Source of the DNA: Flavobacteriaceae bacterium
GTDB taxonomy: Bacteria > Bacteroidota > Bacteroidia > Flavobacteriales > Flavobacteriaceae
Direction: 5' to 3'
NCBI GenBank assembly: GCA_024763245.1
Contig: JANTFW010000004.1
Location: 130 to 64,129, forward strand
Length of the DNA stretch: 64,000 bases
Part shown: positions 39,512-49,658 of the stretch, piece by piece
Layout: each line of letters begins with the position of its first letter
How positions within the stretch are numbered: position 1 is the first letter of the stretch
Position numbers and translations under genes: made by a program
Notes under the pieces: generated by a model
The model's database searches: none
What the model saw: the letters and a program-made list of their open reading frames with translations, nothing else
What the model was told of the DNA's origin: nothing

Positions 39512-40132
39512 TTATCCAATAGCATAAACCAAGGTAAACCCTTTAAAGCTTTCAAAAAATATATGATAAACTTCATAGTAATTATCTTTTTTAATCCATC
39601 CTCTTGTCTTTAAATCACTCAATTTAAAAGGCTCAATGGGTAGGTGATGTTTAAAAAGCAAGCCGCCATCCGGATGTATCTTAAACAAACTCTCTTTAGC
39701 TCCCCATACCACGGTTAAAAACGCTACGACATTATCTTCCGCCATAAAATCAAATTCATCGGCTACAAATTTGGGGGCAATCTTAATAATTTTTTCTCTG
39801 TTTTTTTCAATATCAATTCCAATTTGAGAATTACTAATCGCAATAGCTGAAAAGCTAAAAGAATGGGTAATTGAAATACGTTTACCGTCTCTTAAATGAG
39901 GTTTGCCGTCATCGGTATAAAATAAATCCGAATCGCAATAACCAGCCTCTTTCAATAAATGTCTTACACTCAAATATCCTCTTTGATGCATCTCAGAACG
40001 CATACTTTTAATTCTATGTTTACTGTGTGCTTCGAGCACCAGACCTTTACGTAAATCTTCCTTAGATTCGGTAATTTCCCAAACTAAAACCTGTGTATGA
40101 TTATCGGGTTGTATTTGTTTAAATAAAGGCAT
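39512..40132 (-). CDS. 4'-phosphopantetheinyl transferase (Sfp-type)
   Basis: ISITHS, GIDIE and WGAKESLFK motifs; 206 aa. Confidence 0.7.
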   Translation of the reverse strand: MPLFKQIQPDNHTQVLVWEITESKEDLRKGLVLEAHSKHRIKSMRSEMHQRGYLSVRHLLKEAGYCDSDLFYTDDGKPHLRDGKRISITHSFSFSAIAISNSQIGIDIEKNREKIIKIAPKFVADEFDFMAEDNVVAFLTVVWGAKESLFKIHPDGGLLFKHHLPIEPFKLSDLKTRGWIKKDNYYEVYHIFFESFKGFTLVYAIG

Positions 40133-40212
40133 CTACGCTAATCTAAAAGTGCAAAAAAAAGAAAATAGTGAAAAATTAATCCGGAAAGAATTCTCAAATT
40201 CACAATAATACT

Positions 40213-40220
40213 TACTTTTG
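40213..40220 (+). promoter_or_regulatory. putative -7 promoter box (TACTTTTG) for ahcY
   Basis: Matches TAnnTTTG, 26 nt upstream of the ATG at 40247. Confidence 0.5.
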
Positions 40221-40246
40221 CAAAAAATCAAACAAATATACAAACT

Positions 40247-41563
40247 ATGGGTTCAGAAACCAGCACATTTGTAAAATATAAAGTTAAAGACATCAATTTA
40301 GCCGATTGGGGACGTAAAGAAATAAAGTTAGCCGAAGCCGAAATGCCCGGTTTAATGAGTTTACGTAAAGAGTATGGAGCAAGCAAACCCCTACAAGGTG
40401 CACGAATTGCCGGTTGTTTACATATGACCATTCAAACGGCTGTACTAATAGAAACCCTAGTAGAATTAGGTGCCGAAGTTACCTGGAGCTCTTGTAATAT
40501 CTTTTCGACACAAGATCACGCAGCTGCCGCTATTGCTGCTGCAGGTATATCTGTGTATGCTTGGAAAGGTATGACCGAAGAAGAATTTGACTGGTGTATT
40601 GAACAAACCTTGTTCTTTGGTGAAGAACAAAAACCATTAACCTTAATTTTAGATGATGGCGGAGACTTAACCAATATGGTATTGGATAAATTCCCTGAAC
40701 TAACAAAAAATATCAACGGACTTTCCGAAGAAACCACAACAGGGGTTCATCGATTATACGAACGCATGGAGAAAGGTACTTTACCCATACCTGCTATTAA
40801 TGTTAATGATTCGGTCACCAAGTCTAAGTTTGATAACAAATACGGATGCCGTGAAAGTGCCGTAGATGCCATTCGTCGGGCAACCGATGTTATGTTAGCC
40901 GGGAAAGTAGTGGTAGTTGCCGGATACGGTGATGTGGGTAAAGGAACTGCGGCTTCTTTTAAAGGAAGTAATGCCCGTATTATTGTTACTGAAATAGACC
41001 CTATTTGTGCCTTACAAGCCGCTATGGAAGGTTTTGAGGTTCGTAAAATGGATGATGCTATTAAAGATGCTGATATTGTAATTACTACAACCGGTAATAA
41101 AGATATTATCCAAGCTAAGCATTTTAAAAAGATGAAAGATAAAACCATTGTTTGTAATATTGGGCATTTTGATAATGAAATAGATATGAAATGGTTAAAT
41201 GAGAATTATGGTCATACCAAAGATACCATCAAGCCTCAAGTAGATTTATACACTATAGACGGTAAAGAAATTATTGTACTAGCCGAAGGACGTTTGGTGA
41301 ATTTGGGCTGTGCTACAGGTCATCCCAGCTTTGTAATGAGTAACTCTTTTACCAACCAAACTTTGGCACAAATAGAACTCTGGAACCATCCTGAACGTTA
41401 CGAAAACAAAGTCTATATGCTACCCAAGCACCTTGATGAAAAGGTAGCTCGTTTACATTTAGAAAAATTGGGTGTAACACTGGACGAACTAACCGAAGAA
41501 CAGGCAAAATATATAGGTGTTAAAAAAGACGGACCTTTTAAACCGGAGTATTATAGATACTAA
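40247..41563 (+). CDS. ahcY: adenosylhomocysteinase
   Basis: [19 protein letters not shown] motif [17 protein letters not shown]; 438 aa. Confidence 0.95.
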   Translation: MGSETSTFVKYKVKDINLADWGRKEIKLAEAEMPGLMSLRKEYGASKPLQGARIAGCLHMTIQTAVLIETLVELGAEVTWSSCNIFSTQDHAAAAIAAAGISVYAWKGMTEEEFDWCIEQTLFFGEEQKPLTLILDDGGDLTNMVLDKFPELTKNINGLSEETTTGVHRLYERMEKGTLPIPAINVNDSVTKSKFDNKYGCRESAVDAIRRATDVMLAGKVVVVAGYGDVGKGTAASFKGSNARIIVTEIDPICALQAAMEGFEVRKMDDAIKDADIVITTTGNKDIIQAKHFKKMKDKTIVCNIGHFDNEIDMKWLNENYGHTKDTIKPQVDLYTIDGKEIIVLAEGRLVNLGCATGHPSFVMSNSFTNQTLAQIELWNHPERYENKVYMLPKHLDEKVARLHLEKLGVTLDELTEEQAKYIGVKKDGPFKPEYYRY

Positions 41564-41621
41564 TTGAAAGATTGTAAAGTTAAAAGTGAACATTTAAACT
41601 TTAGACTTTTAATCCCATAAA

Positions 41622-41709
41622 GGAGAGGTGGCCGAGTGGTCGAAGGCGCACGCCTGGAAAGTGTGTATACCTCTAAAGGGTATCGAGGGTTCGAATCCCT
41701 TCCTCTCCG
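41622..41709 (+). tRNA. tRNA-Ser (anticodon GGA), class II with long variable arm
   Basis: Folded by hand. Acceptor GGAGAGG/CCTCTCC plus discriminator G; D arm GCC/GGC; anticodon stem CACGC/GTGTG with loop CTGGAAA; variable arm ATACC/GGTAT; T arm GAGGG-TTCGAAT-CCCTT. No encoded CCA. Confidence 0.95.
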
Positions 41710-41714
41710 CAAAG

Positions 41715-41748
41715 AAAATCCCACAGCTCTGCTGATGGGATTTTTTTT
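41715..41748 (+). terminator. intrinsic terminator after tRNA-Ser
   Basis: Stem AAAATCCCACAGC / GCTG(A)TGGGATTTT followed by a T8 run. Confidence 0.8.
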
Positions 41749-41842
41749 GTTTAACACGTTAAATACTGGGATTTCTAAAGGATCGATAATAATGGGACTC
41801 CTACTATATATTGATTTTTTTGTATTTCTTACTAAGGAAAAC

Positions 41843-41875
41843 AAAAAAAGCCAAAGAACGTATACACATTCTTTG
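41843..41875 (-). terminator. intrinsic terminator ending the nuo operon plus the 107-aa ORF
   Basis: Minus strand: CAAAGAA-N10-TTCTTTG, then GC plus T7; 27 nt after the stop of the 107-aa ORF. Confidence 0.7.
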
Positions 41876-41901
41876 ACTCCTTAGCTAAAATAAGCTTATT
41901 A

Positions 41902-42225
41902 CTATTTACTTCTCCAATATTGTGGAGCAGTATCTTCCGTTTTTTGATTCCAATAATCTGGGGTAACTTTATGCCCGTCAAATGTTCTTAATTTACGTTC
42001 ATAAACCCAAATCGTAGGGTTAAACACCATATCGGTTACAGCAATGGTATAAAGTTGTGGTTCTTCCTCACTTTTACGCTTTTCTTCTTGCACAATAACC
42101 TCAAAACCATTATGTTCCAGAAGTTTTTGCAAAAAATCAGCTCTTTGTTTCTCTATTTTTTTTTCTATAAAGGTCACTCGAGTGTCTCCTATAGCTCCAA
42201 ATTGATGTTTTCCAACTAAATTCAT
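41902..42225 (-). CDS. hypothetical 107-aa soluble protein, last gene of the nuo transcription unit
   Basis: Compact ORF 49 nt downstream of nuoN. No strong terminator or -7 box lies between them. No Cys and no TM segment. Confidence 0.6.
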   Translation of the reverse strand: MNLVGKHQFGAIGDTRVTFIEKKIEKQRADFLQKLLEHNGFEVIVQEEKRKSEEEPQLYTIAVTDMVFNPTIWVYERKLRTFDGHKVTPDYWNQKTEDTAPQYWRSK

Positions 42226-42274
42226 TCTTTAATAATTTAATAGTAAGACTTAAAAAGTCTAATTACCTGTTCAT

Positions 42275-43732
42275 TTACTTTGCTAAATAGGTCAATAAAT
42301 CAGGATTGATAATATTTTTACTCAATTCTACAATATAACCATAAAGTGGGCTGTATAAACCTAGAATTAATACACCTACAACAGTTAGTAGTAAACCGGC
42401 ACGCATCATATTTTTACTTTTAAAATAAGGGATGGGATTTTCACTTGTCTCCAAAAACATAGCTCTTACCGGCAATAAATAATAATATAACGATATGGTT
42501 ACATTAACTACAGCAATAAATACTAATATAAAATATCCTTTTTGTGCTGCTGCAGTATACAAGAAAAATTTACCAAAAAATCCAGCAATAGGTGGTATTC
42601 CTGCTAGTGAAAATAAGGCTAATAACAATACCAATGAAAGCATAGGATTTGTACGATACAGTCCTTTATAATCTTCCATATTTTCTTTGCCTGTTTGATT
42701 GATAATAGCTTGTACAACACCAAAAGCACCTAAATTAGAGAAGATGTAAATCAATACAAAAAAGACAACAGTAGAAATCCCCAATTCATCTGCATTGATA
42801 ATACCCATCAACATAAAACCGGCTTGTGCAATGGATGAATATGCCAAAAATCGTTTCATATTCTGTTGACGTAACGCAAATAAGTTACCGGTAAACATGG
42901 TCGCAATTGCAACTATATAAACGACTATTTTCCAAGTTTCATTTAATACAGGAAGCACCGTAAATAAGATAATCATTAATATAAAAACGGCTGCACCTTT
43001 AGAAATAACCGATAGATATGACGTAATTTGCGTGGGCGCTCCTTCGTATACATCAGCTGTCCAAAAATGAAAGGGAGCTAAAGATATCTTAAATCCAATA
43101 CCCGCAAAGAACAATACCATACCAAAAATAGCCAAATTAGATTCATGTAAACTGGTGGCAATACTTTCAAAATATAAGGAACCACCCGTAGCATATAACA
43201 TACTAATTCCAAACAAAGAAATTGCGGATGCCAAGGCTGCAGAAAGTATCATTTTAATACCGGCCTCGGTGGCACGTTGGTCATGAGAATTGTAGGCAAT
43301 TAATGCAATAAGAGGTAAGGTAGACAGTTCTAACCCAATATAAAACATTAAGAAATCACCGGAAGATATCATAAAATACATACCTAAAAGGGAGGAAAAA
43401 AGCAGAATAAAAAATTCCGGTATTTTATTGTAAGCCGCTACTTTATCCCGTAACCAATCTGCTGATTGCAACAAGATAATTAATACCCCAAAGTTCAATA
43501 CATTCTTAAAGAAATGAACTAAACCATAGGTTTTAAAAGAGCCGCCAAATAAGGACGCTGTCTCCTGTGGAAAAAATCCGATAATGGTATGAATCAGGAA
43601 TAACCCAATAGCTACATTTATTAATTTTTTCTTGTTTTTGGTAGTCGTAAAAACCTCAAGCACCAACATAAACAAAATCAATACTAAGAGTATGATTTCG
43701 TGACGCATTACTAAAAAATTTGAAATATTCAT
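42275..43732 (-). CDS. nuoN: NADH-quinone oxidoreductase (NDH-1) subunit N
   Basis: 485-aa antiporter-like polytopic protein, last in the conserved L-M-N order. Confidence 0.85.
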   Translation of the reverse strand: MNISNFLVMRHEIILLVLILFMLVLEVFTTTKNKKKLINVAIGLFLIHTIIGFFPQETASLFGGSFKTYGLVHFFKNVLNFGVLIILLQSADWLRDKVAAYNKIPEFFILLFSSLLGMYFMISSGDFLMFYIGLELSTLPLIALIAYNSHDQRATEAGIKMILSAALASAISLFGISMLYATGGSLYFESIATSLHESNLAIFGMVLFFAGIGFKISLAPFHFWTADVYEGAPTQITSYLSVISKGAAVFILMIILFTVLPVLNETWKIVVYIVAIATMFTGNLFALRQQNMKRFLAYSSIAQAGFMLMGIINADELGISTVVFFVLIYIFSNLGAFGVVQAIINQTGKENMEDYKGLYRTNPMLSLVLLLALFSLAGIPPIAGFFGKFFLYTAAAQKGYFILVFIAVVNVTISLYYYLLPVRAMFLETSENPIPYFKSKNMMRAGLLLTVVGVLILGLYSPLYGYIVELSKNIINPDLLTYLAK

Positions 43733-43765
43733 CTTTTATATTTTGTCATATAAGCCTTAAGCTTA

Positions 43766-45271
43766 TTATTTATTTATTAAAACTTCTACTCCTTTAAAGA
43801 AAGGTTCAATACTATCCATTATCATATTACTCAACCACATCGGTGCTATACCAATACCCACAACAGGTATTAATAATAGATAGATTCCTACTCTTTCATA
43901 CCAAGTTACTTTGGGTAAATTCTTAAATTCATCAAAACGAATAGGGCCCATCAGCATCATACCGACAACACGTAAAATATAAACAGCTGTAATAACAATA
44001 GCCGAAACAGTTAATATACTGGCCACTCTATGAAAAGTATCTGTATGTTGAAAAGCCCCTGCAAAAATATTCATCTCGGCTACAAATCCACTCATACCGG
44101 GCAGTCCTAATGAGGCTAATCCTGCAACCACATATATCATAGAAATAAAGGGGATTATTTTAAGTAATCCACCCATTTTTGTTGCATCACGTGTATGTGT
44201 TCTTCCATAAATCATCCCAATTAAGGCAAAGAAAAGTGCGGTCATAAATCCGTGAGATAAAGATTGCAAAATAGCACCGTTCCAAGCTGTTTTATTGAGC
44301 ATTAACAAAGCAAACAATACCATCCCTAAGTGACTCACCGAAGAATACGCATTGATATATTTTAAATCGGTTTGTTTAATGGCTGCTAAGGCGCCATAAA
44401 CGATGCCTATTACTGCTAAAACAATAAAAAAATTAGTCCAGTATAAAGCTCCAGCAGGTAATAAAAACATAGCGACTCTAAAAATACCATAACCTCCTAG
44501 CTTCATCAATACACCGGCATGTAACATAGATACGGCTGTAGGGGCAGAAGCATGACCACTTGGAGACCAAGTGTGAAATGGAAATAAGGCCCCAATTACG
44601 GCAAAACCAATAAAGACAATAGGAAAAAATAACCGCTGAGTATCTTCTGAAATGTGCACTTTGGCAATTTCAAAAATATTAAAGGTCAAAGCACCTCCAT
44701 CGGCATTGGAATTAAAATATAGCCCTAAAATACCTACTAAAAGTACAGCCGAAGCACCCATTAACATCAAGGTCAATTTCATAGCAGAGTTTTCTCTGGG
44801 CCCACTACCCCAAATACCAATTAACAGATACATAGGTATTACGGCAATCTCATAAAAAACGAACATGGTAAAAAGATCCACAGAGATAAAGAATCCATAG
44901 ACACCTGCCGCCAAAATAACTAGAAATATAAAAAACTCTTTGGGTAACTGATCTATTTTCCAAGAAATAAACACGCCTGCAAGTACAATGATAGCGGTTA
45001 AAAGAATCAAGGCGACAGAAACACCATCTACGCCTATAGCATAGTGAATGTTAAAGGACTTAAACCACATTATATCTCTTGAAAAAAGCATAATACTATC
45101 GTTTATAGCTCTTTCTTTTAGATAGGCAAATAATAAGTTAAGAGCCAATCCAAATTGCACCAAAGATCCGACTAATGTTATCGTTCTGGATTTTACCAAT
45201 CCTTTACCAAAAAAGATTAATACTAAAACCGTTAAGAACGGAACAACTACTAAAAGTGTTAAAATATCCAT
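43766..45271 (-). CDS. nuoM: NDH-1 subunit M
   Basis: 501-aa antiporter-like subunit, positioned between L and N. Confidence 0.85.
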   Translation of the reverse strand: MDILTLLVVVPFLTVLVLIFFGKGLVKSRTITLVGSLVQFGLALNLLFAYLKERAINDSIMLFSRDIMWFKSFNIHYAIGVDGVSVALILLTAIIVLAGVFISWKIDQLPKEFFIFLVILAAGVYGFFISVDLFTMFVFYEIAVIPMYLLIGIWGSGPRENSAMKLTLMLMGASAVLLVGILGLYFNSNADGGALTFNIFEIAKVHISEDTQRLFFPIVFIGFAVIGALFPFHTWSPSGHASAPTAVSMLHAGVLMKLGGYGIFRVAMFLLPAGALYWTNFFIVLAVIGIVYGALAAIKQTDLKYINAYSSVSHLGMVLFALLMLNKTAWNGAILQSLSHGFMTALFFALIGMIYGRTHTRDATKMGGLLKIIPFISMIYVVAGLASLGLPGMSGFVAEMNIFAGAFQHTDTFHRVASILTVSAIVITAVYILRVVGMMLMGPIRFDEFKNLPKVTWYERVGIYLLLIPVVGIGIAPMWLSNMIMDSIEPFFKGVEVLINK

Positions 45272-45272
45272 A

Positions 45273-47189
45273 TTATAAAACGTATAAAACGATTAAAACC
45301 AAAATAAAAGCCCCTCCTGCAAAAGCTACTGCGTAATCCTGCAATTTACCCGACTGTAGCCCTTTAATAAGTTTTGAAAATGAAACTGTTTTGTTACCAA
45401 TACCACGCATAGATCCATCTACAACGTTTTGATCAAACCAAGCAAATGAACCGGAAATGTATTTAAAAATAATAGTCCTTGTAATAAACAAATACAATTC
45501 GTCGATATAGAACTTGTGGAAAGTCCACGTATAAAATCTTCCAAAAGCAGTACTTATTTTTTCCGGATAATCCGTAGGTTTTTTATAAAAAAACCAAGCC
45601 AAGGCAATACCCGAAAGACCTACAGAAACAGCAATAGCTGCACCTACAAAATCGAAATGTATATGAAAAATAGCTCTATCTGCAGTAACCATTTCGCTAA
45701 AGGAAATATAACCGGCAGCCACACTCATAAAGGCTAAAAACATCAAAGGAAATTTCATTGACCAAGGAGATTCATGTGGGGTGTGTTCGTATTCTTTTTT
45801 CTTACCCCAAAAAATACTAAAATATAACCTAAACATATAAAAAGCAGTAAGTCCAGCCACAAATAGCGTTATAAAATAGATAGGTTTATTATGTTCAAAC
45901 GCTGCCGCCAAAATTTCATCTTTACTAAAGAAACCTGCCGTTAAAGGAAAACCGGAGATAGAAAGCGCACCAATTAAAAATGTGATATGAGTTATGGGCA
46001 TATATTTACGCAACCCACCCATATCTTGCATAAAGTTACTGTGAATAGCATGAATGATAGAACCGGCGCCTAAGAATAGTAGCGCTTTAAACATAGCGTG
46101 TGTAAACAAGTGCCACATAGATGCCATATAACCCAATCCTTCATGTCCATCAAATTTTGACACACCCAAAGCCAACATCATATAACCTATTTGTGACATA
46201 GTTGAAAAGGCTAACACCCTTTTTATATCGTATTGTGTTAAGGCAATTATTGCGGCAATAAGAGAGGAAATTGCACCAACCCAAGCTACCACATGAAGAG
46301 CGTAACCATCCTCTACAAAATAGAACATCGGGAACATTCTAGCCACTAAATAAACCCCTGCTACTACCATTGTTGCCGCGTGAATTAAAGCAGAAACCGG
46401 TGTTGGACCTTCCATTGCATCGGGTAACCAAATATGAAGTGGAAACATAGCCGATTTTCCGGCACCTCCCATAAACATTAATAATAAAGCCCAAGTAATA
46501 ACAGATAATCCCATAAAAGAACTACTTGCCCAATTCATAATGGCTGCTCCTTCGGGATTATTTAATATGCCAAAATCATAACTACCTCCATAATAACCCA
46601 TCAATAAAATTCCGATTAAGAAACCTAAATCGGCAAAACGGGTAACAATAAAAGCTTTTTTGGCGGCTGCTACAGCCGATGGTTTTTCATAGTAATAACC
46701 AATTAACAGAAACGAAGACACCCCTACTAATTCCCAGAAAATATAGATCTGAAACAAGTTAGTCGCAACAACCAAGCCCATCATAGCAAAGGTGAAAAGG
46801 GATAAAAAAGCAAAAAATTTGGTATAGCCTCTATCTCCATCCATATATCCCCTACTATATATGTGTACCATTAAAGAAATGGTTGAAACAACGACCAACA
46901 TCATTATAGAAATGGGATCTAATAAGATACCCATATCAATATGTAATTTGTCGGTAAAGTTCATCCAATTCATTTTAATACCATAAAGGGTTTGGTATTT
47001 ACCTTCTAATTTAGGCGTATAGAAAAAATACTTAATAGCCGTATAATAGGATAAACCGGCTACTATAGTAAGTGCAGTAACTCCTATCCAACCCGATACT
47101 GCAGGCTTAATTCTATTATAAAAAAATCCCAACAATAAAAATGTGGTTATGGGAATCAACAGTATAAAAATTGTATAACTAAAATCCAT
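45273..47189 (-). CDS. nuoL: NDH-1 subunit L
   Basis: 638-aa antiporter-like subunit with a C-terminal extension (lateral helix region). Confidence 0.85.
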   Translation of the reverse strand: MDFSYTIFILLIPITTFLLLGFFYNRIKPAVSGWIGVTALTIVAGLSYYTAIKYFFYTPKLEGKYQTLYGIKMNWMNFTDKLHIDMGILLDPISIMMLVVVSTISLMVHIYSRGYMDGDRGYTKFFAFLSLFTFAMMGLVVATNLFQIYIFWELVGVSSFLLIGYYYEKPSAVAAAKKAFIVTRFADLGFLIGILLMGYYGGSYDFGILNNPEGAAIMNWASSSFMGLSVITWALLLMFMGGAGKSAMFPLHIWLPDAMEGPTPVSALIHAATMVVAGVYLVARMFPMFYFVEDGYALHVVAWVGAISSLIAAIIALTQYDIKRVLAFSTMSQIGYMMLALGVSKFDGHEGLGYMASMWHLFTHAMFKALLFLGAGSIIHAIHSNFMQDMGGLRKYMPITHITFLIGALSISGFPLTAGFFSKDEILAAAFEHNKPIYFITLFVAGLTAFYMFRLYFSIFWGKKKEYEHTPHESPWSMKFPLMFLAFMSVAAGYISFSEMVTADRAIFHIHFDFVGAAIAVSVGLSGIALAWFFYKKPTDYPEKISTAFGRFYTWTFHKFYIDELYLFITRTIIFKYISGSFAWFDQNVVDGSMRGIGNKTVSFSKLIKGLQSGKLQDYAVAFAGGAFILVLIVLYVL

Positions 47190-47194
47190 AATTC

Positions 47195-47515
47195 TTAATA
47201 TTTCATTGTTTCAGTTTCTGTTATAGCCACTGATGTTTTTAATCTATATAAATTAATAATTATTGAAATAGCCAGTGCTGTTTCTGCAGCTGCCACGGCA
47301 ATAATAAAAATCGAGAAGTAAACACCTTGTAACATATCCGGAAAAAGATATTTGTTAATCACCACAAAATTAATTACTGCTGCATTGAGCAGTAGTTCTA
47401 TGGCCATCATCATAGCAATCAAATTTTTTCTGGTTAAAAAACCATACAACCCAATAAAAAATAAAATGGTTGATACGGTTAATAATTCGTATATACTTAT
47501 GTTTTCTATCATCAT
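47195..47515 (-). CDS. nuoK: NDH-1 subunit K
   Basis: 106 aa, 3 TM, with conserved membrane Glu residues (AIELLLNA; AAAETALA). Confidence 0.85.
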   Translation of the reverse strand: MMIENISIYELLTVSTILFFIGLYGFLTRKNLIAMMMAIELLLNAAVINFVVINKYLFPDMLQGVYFSIFIIAVAAAETALAISIIINLYRLKTSVAITETETMKY

Positions 47516-47523
47516 CTATAAGT

Positions 47524-48027
47524 TTAAATGTTTTTACGACCTTTTGCAATAATAATAGCACCAATCATCGCAGCCAAAAGCAAAATACTGATTACTTCAA
47601 ATGGCAAAATAAAGCCCCCTTCTCCATAATTTAGCAGTCCCTTACCAATATTTTCAACACTGGTTGTTGCTGTTTTTGTCGCTACTTTAAAATCAAAAGA
47701 ATATATGGTTGCTAAGCTGATTCCCAATCCTAATAGACTGAGTAATGCCATACCAATTTTTCGCATCTTACTAGGCTCTTCTATTTCTCCTTCTACGTGA
47801 TGAATTAACAGTACTGAGAAAATAAACAAAATGATAATTCCTCCGGCATAAACTGCCATCTGAACGGCACCTAAAAAGGCATAATCCATCATAAAATATA
47901 AAGCGGCTATGGCCAATAATGACATTAACAGATACATAATGGCTCTTAATATCTTTTTGCTAGTAACCGATGCAATAGCAAAAACGATAATGATTACCGC
48001 GAAAATGTAAAAAAATACTCTTTCCAT
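47524..48027 (-). CDS. nuoJ: NDH-1 subunit J
   Basis: 167-aa membrane protein, positioned between I and K. Confidence 0.8.
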   Translation of the reverse strand: MERVFFYIFAVIIIVFAIASVTSKKILRAIMYLLMSLLAIAALYFMMDYAFLGAVQMAVYAGGIIILFIFSVLLIHHVEGEIEEPSKMRKIGMALLSLLGLGISLATIYSFDFKVATKTATTSVENIGKGLLNYGEGGFILPFEVISILLLAAMIGAIIIAKGRKNI

Positions 48028-48032
48028 ACTAA

Positions 48033-48503
48033 TTATTCTTTAACATCAGGATGCACCTTAGATCCCGGTTTGTTTAATACTTTGGTTAATTGTGAACGAT
48101 CGTATACCGAGCTTTCATATGTTGGCGCCATAACTATGGCATTTGTAGGGCAAGCCTCGATACACAAATTACAAAGTGTACACATTGAAAAATGATAGAT
48201 ATGTTTATCTATTTGTTTTACTTTTTTACCGGTTTCCGGATTGACCACTCTATCCCAAATAATCTCTATACTACCATTAGGACAAGCAATTTCACAAGAT
48301 TGACAACCGGTACATTTGTGCATATTATTTTCATCATGAGGCATTACCACCTCACCTCTAAAGCGCTCAAAAACATGGGGCTTTTCTTCAGGATATTGTA
48401 CAGTAATAATCTCTTTACGAGCATTAAAAAAGTACTTTCCCGTAACCTGCATTCCTCTAAGAAGCGTCTTAATTCCGTTATATATATCTGAAAAATAACT
48501 CAT
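48033..48503 (-). CDS. nuoI: NDH-1 subunit I (2x[4Fe-4S])
   Basis: CTGCQSCEIACP and CTLCNLCIEACP. Confidence 0.9.
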   Translation of the reverse strand: MSYFSDIYNGIKTLLRGMQVTGKYFFNARKEIITVQYPEEKPHVFERFRGEVVMPHDENNMHKCTGCQSCEIACPNGSIEIIWDRVVNPETGKKVKQIDKHIYHFSMCTLCNLCIEACPTNAIVMAPTYESSVYDRSQLTKVLNKPGSKVHPDVKE

Positions 48504-48528
48504 AATTCTCTAAAATATTAGTAGTAAA

Positions 48529-49602
48529 CTACCATGAAATTGTAAATTTTAACCAAACTATTATCGCCATTAATACGATATTCATCAAATTTAATGGTAA
48601 TAAATACTTCCATTCTAAGGTCAGCACTTGGTCAATACGCAAACGCGGATAAGTCCACCTAAAAAACATCATTAATAAGATGATTATAAATACTTTTAAA
48701 ATAAACCAAATCGGTTGTAACCAAAAGATACCGTCAGTAATACCAAAAGGAGATAACCAACCACCAAAAAATACGGTAGTAGCAATGGAGGCAATAATAA
48801 ACATATTGATAAATTCAGCTAAAAAGAAATAGGCAAATTTCATTCCTGAGTATTCTGTATGATATCCTGCACCCAACTCTGATTCGGCCTCTACCAAATC
48901 AAAGGGAGCTCTATTGGTCTCTGCCGTTCCGGCAATCATATAAATCATAAAAGCAATTAGCGCAGGGATATGACCCTGAACAATCAACCACCCTCCGGTA
49001 CGTTGTGTTTCAATAATTTCTGAAAGTTGCAATGAACCTGTTAATAACACCATAGTTAGTAATGATAATCCCACCGATAGTTCATAACTAATAACTTGCA
49101 CACCACTACGCATAGCTCCAATTAGTGCATATTTATTATTACTACCGTAGCCCCCAATCAAAATACCGATAACCCCTATGGAAGAAACTGCGGTCAAAAA
49201 GAAAATTCCAATATTTACATCATAGGCCTGTAATGATTTAGAGAAAGGAAAAACGGATAGGGCAATCAAGGCTGCAACAATAGGAAAGTAAGGCGCTAGA
49301 TTATACAAAAATTTATCAGCTTTTACGGTTCCGGTTAGCTCTTTAGATACCAATTTTAAAGCATCAGCAATGGTTTGAAAGATTCCCCAGAAGCCAACTC
49401 TATTTGGTCCTAATCGTAACTGAATCCAAGCGGCCACCTTACGCTCTAAAAGTACTAAATACAGTCCGGCAACAGCAAAAAAGGCCAAATAAACAACTGC
49501 TATTAAGACCATTTCTACAATACTAACTGCTGTTTCGGGCATCCATCCCATCAGTAATTCATGAACCCACTCTGTTGGTAATAGTAAAGGTATGTTCATC
49601 AT
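48529..49602 (-). CDS. nuoH: NDH-1 subunit H
   Basis: 357-aa polytopic protein with NuoH-like RLGPNRVG and PFDLVEAESEL motifs. Confidence 0.9.
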   Translation of the reverse strand: MMNIPLLLPTEWVHELLMGWMPETAVSIVEMVLIAVVYLAFFAVAGLYLVLLERKVAAWIQLRLGPNRVGFWGIFQTIADALKLVSKELTGTVKADKFLYNLAPYFPIVAALIALSVFPFSKSLQAYDVNIGIFFLTAVSSIGVIGILIGGYGSNNKYALIGAMRSGVQVISYELSVGLSLLTMVLLTGSLQLSEIIETQRTGGWLIVQGHIPALIAFMIYMIAGTAETNRAPFDLVEAESELGAGYHTEYSGMKFAYFFLAEFINMFIIASIATTVFFGGWLSPFGITDGIFWLQPIWFILKVFIIILLMMFFRWTYPRLRIDQVLTLEWKYLLPLNLMNIVLMAIIVWLKFTISW

Positions 49603-49658
49603 TTTATCTTTTTATTACAATCGTACTTTTGTACAATGTTTTCATTTGTTAGTTAATA

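Noticed and set aside
40133-40246. Possible SAH riboswitch upstream of ahcY.
   Set aside because: The spacer is 114 nt, A-rich and unstructured. The -7 box leaves only about a 20-nt leader, which is too short for a riboswitch.
41560-41884. 94-aa (minus strand) and 82-aa (plus strand) ORFs spanning the tRNA-Ser region.
   Set aside because: They overlap a perfectly folding tRNA gene and its terminator, and have no coding signal.
41622-41901. tRNA-Ser as a possible integration hotspot for a genomic island.
   Set aside because: No integrase, no duplicated tRNA 3' end and no foreign-looking genes downstream. The tRNA is followed directly by terminators and the nuo operon.
49603-49658. Possible remnants of nuoE/F/G between nuoD and nuoH.
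   Set aside because: The spacer is only 56 nt of AT-rich sequence, so no coding remnant is possible. The absence looks ancestral rather than a recent deletion.
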